Shown here: positions 57,675 to 64,000 of the stretch, one piece after another
Layout: each line of letters begins with the position of its first letter
How positions within the stretch are numbered: position 1 is the stretch's first letter
NCBI GenBank assembly: GCA_016906335.1
Contig: JADEYG010000009.1
Span: 868,001 to 932,000 of the forward strand
Direction of reading: 5' to 3'
DNA: 64,000 bases
DNA from: Novakomyces olei
Taxonomy: Eukaryota
Notes under the pieces: generated by a model
Told to the model about the DNA's origin: nothing
Database searches by the model: none
What the model saw: the letters and a program-made list of their open reading frames with translations, nothing else
Program-made: the position numbers and the translations under genes

Positions 57675-60590
57675 ATGGACACGTCGACGCCTCGGCGTTC
57701 TGCTCCAAAATCTTTGCCGTCTTCCGAGGTATAGTGTCGTCTTCATCAGAGACTAATTGTTAAAGAAGAGCAATGATTTACGGCATAGTATATTACCGCC
57801 AAAGCGACGACCGGAATTGCCGAGTGATGCTAAGCCTATAGCTTTGCCTTCTTCATCAATAGTAAGTATCGGTCAGAATTTTTATTTATTTATTTTTATT
57901 TTTTATTTTTTTTCCGGTTTTTAATTTATTTTAATTAATTTTATTTTAATTTATTTTATTTTGAAAGAGATAGAAGAGTGATGGATATCTTCTTGAACAG
58001 CACAGATCTTACTAACACGCTCAAGCCGCATACTTTTGGTACTTTCACGCGTTATGCTCCCTTGAATACTATTAAAAACTCGTCCGTAATGAAAACGTAC
58101 ATGAGCAACCGTAAACGAAAAAATTCGAATCCCTCAGAGCAATACGAGAAGGGGAGCCGCGACGGAATCAAGATTGGAGACGATCCCGGGTCTGTTGATG
58201 AGAAATATGAAAAACTCAATGGTTTAGCCAACAAGGCAATAGTGCGGAGATCCGAATCTCCAGACTTGCTCCAGAGCGAGCAAATGTCCCGGTCAAGAAT
58301 TACAGCGGTCCCGTCTTATGCTTTGCGTGAAACCTATAGCAGTGGGATTCCATTTGAAGGACGCAAATTTAGGTTACGAATTGCTCCAGAGGCGGAGGCT
58401 GTAGAGTTTGAGCGGGATGGCAGTATAATGCCGGGCTCGAGGATTACTGATTCTAGTGTAAAGTCGATAAAGGTATACATGACCGAGTCCTTAGCGTTGA
58501 TCAGCATAAACTAATATCTAGTACTGTGAAAATTGGCGAGCTTTAGAGATTCAATTGTCAAATGCTCATGGTAAGAATAATGCTATTTCTGGCCTAATTC
58601 TTTAGCTTTTCCGGGTAACGGCATGGATTTGCTTTTAGTACTCGACGCAGATGACAAAGAATTTGAAAATGCAATCCGGAATTTGTCAAAAGCATTCAAA
58701 TCGCCTCTTGTTAGTTGGTAAGATTGGCATTTCTTCTTTATTTGGCATCGTTTTTTCTTTTTCATCCTTATTTTATTTATTTATTTTTTTTTCTTTTGGT
58801 TTTTCGTTACTTTAGTTTTCCATTCTGAACGCTAATCTCTAGTGTTACAAATAGCAGTTATGTTTCACTTAGACTCGAAAAGATTCATGCCCGACTTTCG
58901 GTCCAAATGGAACAGAAAATAGAACAAAAAATAGGGAAAAAGCAAGAGAGAATGCTTGAGCAGAGTTTGGGAAGGAGTCCAGTTGGTGGCGACACGAAAT
59001 CAAATCAGTCGGCCGAAGAAAACTTAGGCCAGGAAGCTGATACATCGCGCGTTACCAGATCGATTTCGCGAGCAACGACAAAAAGCGTGATCGGCCAGGC
59101 CAGTAAAGAGTATGAAAATATAAAACAGGTTGTCTGTCGACTAATCTCTTTAATAAAGAATCTTAGAATACCCCTTCAAAACGAAAGGTTCCGTCTCGAT
59201 TCATGCATCCGATCTTTCTCGATTGGACGAAGGCGAGTTTCTCAACGACGTTATTGTAGATTTTTATTTCAAATACTTGGAGCGTACAGTGCTACCAAGC
59301 AGTGTTGGAGCTGAGAACGTGTACATATTTAGCTCTTATTTTTTCGACCGGCTTTCAGCTAAAGATCGAACAGGGTATGTAGACTGTTTGTGGTGCAAAC
59401 GAAAAGTATAATTAATTAAGCAAGCAAGCAGTCAATTAAGCAAACAAATAATTGGGACAATGAATAAAAGAGACAAGAAAATGCAGAAATGTTTTTATCT
59501 AAATATTTGATTTTGTTTATTTGCTTGTCTCTTTTTAAAAGTACTGACTCTCGTGAATAGGAAACGCATTGGTTATGAAGCTGTCCGGCAATGGACGCGC
59601 AAGGTCGATATTTTTTCTAAACGTTTCGTCGTAATTCCGATAAACGAAAACCTGCATTGGTACCTTGCTATAATATGCAATCTCGACAAGATCAAAAGGC
59701 GGCCCAAAACTGTCCAAGACAATAACGATAATGATAATGATAATGAGACCAGCGGCTCATCCTATACTGGTGATATGGACGTTAGTGATTTCAGTATTGA
59801 TCGAGATGGCAATGAAACGGCTTCGCCTGGACGGTTAAAAGAAAGGACACGAACCCAAAGTCAGGCCAGTAATTTTTCTGTGGATATAGTCCATGAGCCA
59901 GTCCAGCAGCAAGGACGCCTTCATAAAACGCGGTCAGGTAAAGGAGGAGGACCGAGCAAATACACATCAGCGACTAAAGTAAACCTCGTCGACAGTCTGC
60001 AAAGTGATGATGAAAACGATGATGATGCCTTTGACGAAGTAGAAACAGAACAAGGCAAGAAAAAATATGATGAAAATAGTGATTTGACGAGGCCGATTAT
60101 AATAATTTTTGACTCTATGCGTCTAACACATCGCTCAACCATAAGATTACTGCAAAATTATTTGGTTCAGGAAGCGCGGTACAAAAAGGGCATAGACATG
60201 GGATCCGAAAAAGTCAAAGGTGTTCATGCCAAAGTGCCAGAGCAGTCAAACTATTCAGATTGCGGCGTATTTTTACTTCACTTTGCAGAGACTTTTTTCC
60301 GGAATTCTGACCGGATTCTTCCGGATATCTTGAACCGTCGGGATCATTCGAGTAGCGTTAAGAGCTATCGGGATATGTGGGACAGCGATGGCATGATTAG
60401 CAATAAACGTCGTGATATCTATGAGCTGATTCGACGTATGGAAAATGAACAAAGGCGGGAAACCAACATGTGTACAAAGGAACGCGAGCAAACTTCAAGT
60501 AAAGGTTCGAGCAATGGATTCAGTAGCGATTCACGTCCAGGCCAGACTGCCGCTGCTTATGATGCAGATGATGATATCCAGATTATATGA
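57675..60590 (+). CDS. ULP2: SUMO-specific protease, Ulp2-like, multi-exon
   Basis: C48 peptidase motifs LDEGEFLNDVIVDFY, FSSYFF, VRQWTRKVDIF, HWYLAIIC, FDSM, QSNYSDCGVFLL. Start at 57675 and N-terminal exons less certain. Confidence 0.85.
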
Positions 60591-61328
60591 GTGAATTGAA
60601 GAGGTCGGGGGTTAGACAATGAATGGGCTATTAAAAATGCCCCGGAGTTGAGTATAGTCTGTATAACGGTCTTTGTTACTGCATTTTATTTTATTCATTC
60701 CTTCTAACGCGAAAACTGGCAAACATTTAGAGGTAAAGTACTTGGGACAGTGAGTAAGCTTGAGTAACGTGAATCCAAAAGCTGCAGACATACTGACGCA
60801 AAACGCTTAATTTTGCGAAAATAGAGAGAATAAGAAATGCTATTATTGATTGTTAGTTAGTTTATTGAATTGGAATATCACTTGGTATATTAGTGAGTGA
60901 GTGTATAATAAATTGTTAAATTATTGAATTATTGAATTATTGAATTATTATTATTTCAACTCTTTCACTCCAACTACACCGCTTAATATGTCAGGCAAGT
61001 CTTTTGGAAATTCTCGACATTCTAAACTGCATCATTAATCAATACGGTTGGTAGTGAACAATTTTATTAGAGCTGTAGTGCCACACTTATGTACAAAGAG
61101 CCATTGCGCAAAAGAAACCCCCAAATTAATCGTTATAAGTCATTATCCGTCTTCATCATAAATTTTCATAATCTAAATGTACAAGTCAAAATTTCAAGGT
61201 GAAAAGCACAATAGAAGCTATAACGCGTCTGCTGCTTTACCCAAATTTATCCTTATCATAATATAAGGCCAAACGGCCTTGCAGCCATCAAAAGATTCCA
61301 GACCCTTTTCCGTCACAATCTCGATACT

Positions 61329-61709
61329 TTACTCGCGAGCCTTGTGAGCCAATCGCTGAGCTGCACGAGCATATTGGCGGCGCGTATGATCAAAAATACG
61401 GCGCGAATACTCCTCACGAGGATCAGAAGCTTCGCGTTGTCCATTCACGTAATCGCCTAAAAGCCCACTGGCGTCGGCCGCACGGATCTGCGCTTCAATT
61501 CCATGCATACCGCCCATTCCCCTATGATTGCTGTGTGTTTGCAAGTCATCTTTCCCGCCGTAATCACTCCTCTCTGATCGCGCCTGATTCTGTCCATGCT
61601 GGCTGTAATATGGAGAAGGCTCTGCCAAAGAAGGGTCGGCCGTAGTATGGGCCAAAGTATCTGAAGGCGTGCGCGCAAGTGGCGAAGGCGGGTAAGCTTG
61701 AGCAGTCAT
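61329..61709 (-). CDS. Small hypothetical protein (126 aa)
   Basis: ATG 61709; GC-richer coding-like island flanked by AT-rich DNA; helical C-terminal EEYSRRIFDHTRRQY. Confidence 0.55.
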   Translation of the reverse strand: MTAQAYPPSPLARTPSDTLAHTTADPSLAEPSPYYSQHGQNQARSERSDYGGKDDLQTHSNHRGMGGMHGIEAQIRAADASGLLGDYVNGQREASDPREEYSRRIFDHTRRQYARAAQRLAHKARE

Positions 61710-62392
61710 TGTTTGGCGGCACTTTAAGAGAGGCAAAAGGCTGTGGTCGCGTCAAAAAATATTTGACCTGCGGAAAGTGAGTGATATGTATTTATAGATA
61801 AATATTTATAGATTTACATTTGTACAGTATTTTCTGCAGGTATTATTGTAACAGGAAAGTATTATTATGTCATTAAGCGGACGCATAACGAGACTGCTGA
61901 TTCGAGCACACGCGCCAGGGTTCTATGGTCGAGCGGCTCCGCGTATTTGTTTCGCGCTTTTTAAGCAAAGCTATTTCAGGGAAAAGGGTTCGCCAGAACG
62001 GGCGATCCACCGCCAATTAGCTCTGACGTCGCGGTATTATTGGCCTGCGTCATACTTGCCGAATGCGTTAAATCGTCCGAAACATCTAGCGCGAATTCCG
62101 TAGCAAATATAGACATGTAGGTGGTAGAGAAAACCCTGAGAAGCGACGACGGATTGACGGAGGTGGCGGACACGTGAAAACCCCGCGACTGTTACTTGTG
62201 CTATTATATATGTATCATAACTATGATGAAATACAATGATATCAGGTAGCAATTAAAGGCGACAGCAATTTTAAATCTTCACTCCCTACACTTCCTATTC
62301 TATCTTTTGGCTAGTTTTCGAATTTGCAAATGACATAGCGGCCAGCGGAGAGCCAAAGTATTCGAGCCAAAATGTTCGTCGCCGCGGGAATT

Positions 62393-62678
62393 GAATATGG
62401 ATAATGTTTCCCATAGTTATAACAATATCTATTGTACTCGTAGAGATGAGATCATAGGACGCGTCACCAACCTAATTTCTTTGCCGTTTGCCTCATTGCC
62501 AAATAAAATTACTTCAGAATATTAATTACTCTGCACCTGTTCATATTTTTAATCCTCATAATAATCATAATACTGAATGGGAATAATGTTCCCCGTTACA
62601 GTAATATCTATTGTACTCGTCAAAGAGATGAGATCATTGGAAGAGTCCCCCAAATCCAATTCTTTGCTACTTGCTCAT
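62393..62678. repeat. Diverged ~105-bp direct duplication
   Basis: 62393-62497 and 62575-62678 share ATAATGTT.CC, AATATCTATTGTACTCGT, AGAGATGAGATCAT, TTCTTTGC...CTCAT. Confidence 0.85.
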
Positions 62679-63128
62679 ATTCGAATTAATAATATAGTCG
62701 CTAATTTAGTCGCTTGCTCCTCACTATTGTAGCGGGTTTGAAAATTGCGTCGGCAACGTTACATCTATATGATATACCGCTGTATGCGTTCCAGGCACAT
62801 TTGTCCGCACTACATTATGCAATGTCCTCATCAATTCACACGGGCGCGTGTATATATTGATTGACATTAAATTGTCAGGATTGAGATTATTGGGTGTTGA
62901 CGCCTAATTTTGTTTACGCATTGCTAGCCCTAACTAACCCTAATTATCTCGCAAGTATTGCACCCATATCTGTTCTTAACAATATCGTCTTGTTCGATAC
63001 TCTCATTCTTTGTTTTGCTACAGATTACCCGTCTGTTTGTAATAGTAACTAAATCAAGTCATAGTAGCTATGGGACAACAAAGACGGACTAGCATGATTT
63101 TTACTGTTAAACTAAATATATGTACACA

Positions 63129-64000
63129 TCAATTGCCCTGCTGCTGCAGCTCTTCCAACTCTAAAGTCATTGTATCGTCAGGAATTCCAGCTCCAGCGTA
63201 GAGGTAATATGCGGGTCTTCTAGCTCCGCGACTCGAGCGAGACTGCATCATTTGTGCTACTCGTTGAAACATGACTTGAAGCACTTGCTGACGTCTTTGT
63301 AACTGATCTTCCCTCCGCTGATAAGTACGCACAAGATTGTGAAGGTAGCTTTCTCTGTACTGAACAGTATTTTCATCGGCCTGTTTTTGCAGACGCTCTA
63401 CTTGTTCTTTGAGAGCCATGTTTTCAGCTGCTATACTGCTCACATTCGCACAAGACTGTTGATACATTGTCCTTATAAACTCAAGCTCTTCTTTTTGCGA
63501 TTGAGTTTGGGACTTGAGACGTTCATTTTCTTGCTTTAAATGCTCATTCTCAAGAACCAAGTTCTCTTCTGGCTTCGTTTGTTTGCTGTCTGCTTGGCTT
63601 TTATCCGTTTCTACAGTCTTAGTCCGAACGCTTGCTAAATCTGCGACTGCAGGTGCACCACTTTGCTTAACTTCATTTCTATTCTCGTTTTTAGCGGCTT
63701 TGAGTTCTCGCAAAGATTCGCGCACAGACACAAGTTTCCCGTTCAATCGTTCAATCCGTTTCTTGTCAGACTCCTGAGCCTTTGCGAGAGCAGAATTACG
63801 CTGCATTTCCACGTCTAATTCCTGTCGGAGCCGATGGAGACGGTTGAATAATCGAAAATATAGAAGTTTGCCTTCTTCCGAGTCTATGCCCATCTCTACC
63901 AAGGAAGCTCCTTCTTCTTGGCCGACGAAGAAATCTTCCCTGGGCGTTAAACGCTCAGGAGGAGCTGGCTCTGTCTCGCCATGATCGGGCTCTGTGTCAT
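63129..64000 (-). CDS. 3' part of a coiled-coil protein resembling Ccq1 / HDA2-HDA3-related proteins (5' end beyond window)
   Basis: Long heptad coiled coil with ELEFIRTMYQQSCANVSSIAAENMALKEQVERL, recalled as similar to the C-terminus of fission-yeast Ccq1. Frame appears open to the window edge. Confidence 0.55.
   Translation of the reverse strand, partial: DTEPDHGETEPAPPERLTPREDFFVGQEEGASLVEMGIDSEEGKLLYFRLFNRLHRLRQELDVEMQRNSALAKAQESDKKRIERLNGKLVSVRESLRELKAAKNENRNEVKQSGAPAVADLASVRTKTVETDKSQADSKQTKPEENLVLENEHLKQENERLKSQTQSQKEELEFIRTMYQQSCANVSSIAAENMALKEQVERLQKQADENTVQYRESYLHNLVRTYQRREDQLQRRQQVLQVMFQRVAQMMQSRSSRGARRPAYYLYAGAGIPDDTMTLELEELQQQGN

Noticed and set aside
62223-62229. ATGATGA as a snoRNA box C
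   Set aside because: No CTGA box D at a plausible distance downstream and no terminal stem seen.

Overview
Gene-dense, intron-containing fungal (ascomycete) DNA with about 26 supportable protein-coding genes. Most are split by short spliceosomal introns (GT...CTRAY...YAG/AAG), so the ORF track fragments or misses several (VMA10 is missing entirely). Mei2-like, Adl1-like ligase and Ccq1/HDA2-3-like genes suggest an early-diverging, Taphrinomycotina-like yeast; this is an inference. The standout region is 890-10467, a compact N-acetylglucosamine (GlcNAc) cluster: a GIG1-like Gfo/Idh/MocA oxidoreductase, a hexokinase-family GlcNAc kinase, the GlcNAc-6-P deacetylase DAC1, and a GH3-GNAT fusion lacking the NagZ D-S-H catalytic motif (NGS1-like sensor/acetyltransferase). 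Its promoters share a clustered, partly palindromic GTTACAC motif, and DAC1 intron 1 is filled by a 15-bp tandem array of branch-point motifs. The rest is mostly housekeeping: ALE1, mei2, ADH, WD40 protein, ligase, VPS1, STE20 kinase, FOL2, inositol 5-phosphatase, WDR83, VMA10, CDC12, PWP2, DLD2, PRE6, CHY finger, PRP45, UBP15, p24, ULP2 and partial Ccq1-like. Micro/minisatellites are abundant. I saw no tRNA, rRNA, transposon or CRISPR array. All calls come from reading motifs by eye; no database searches were run.
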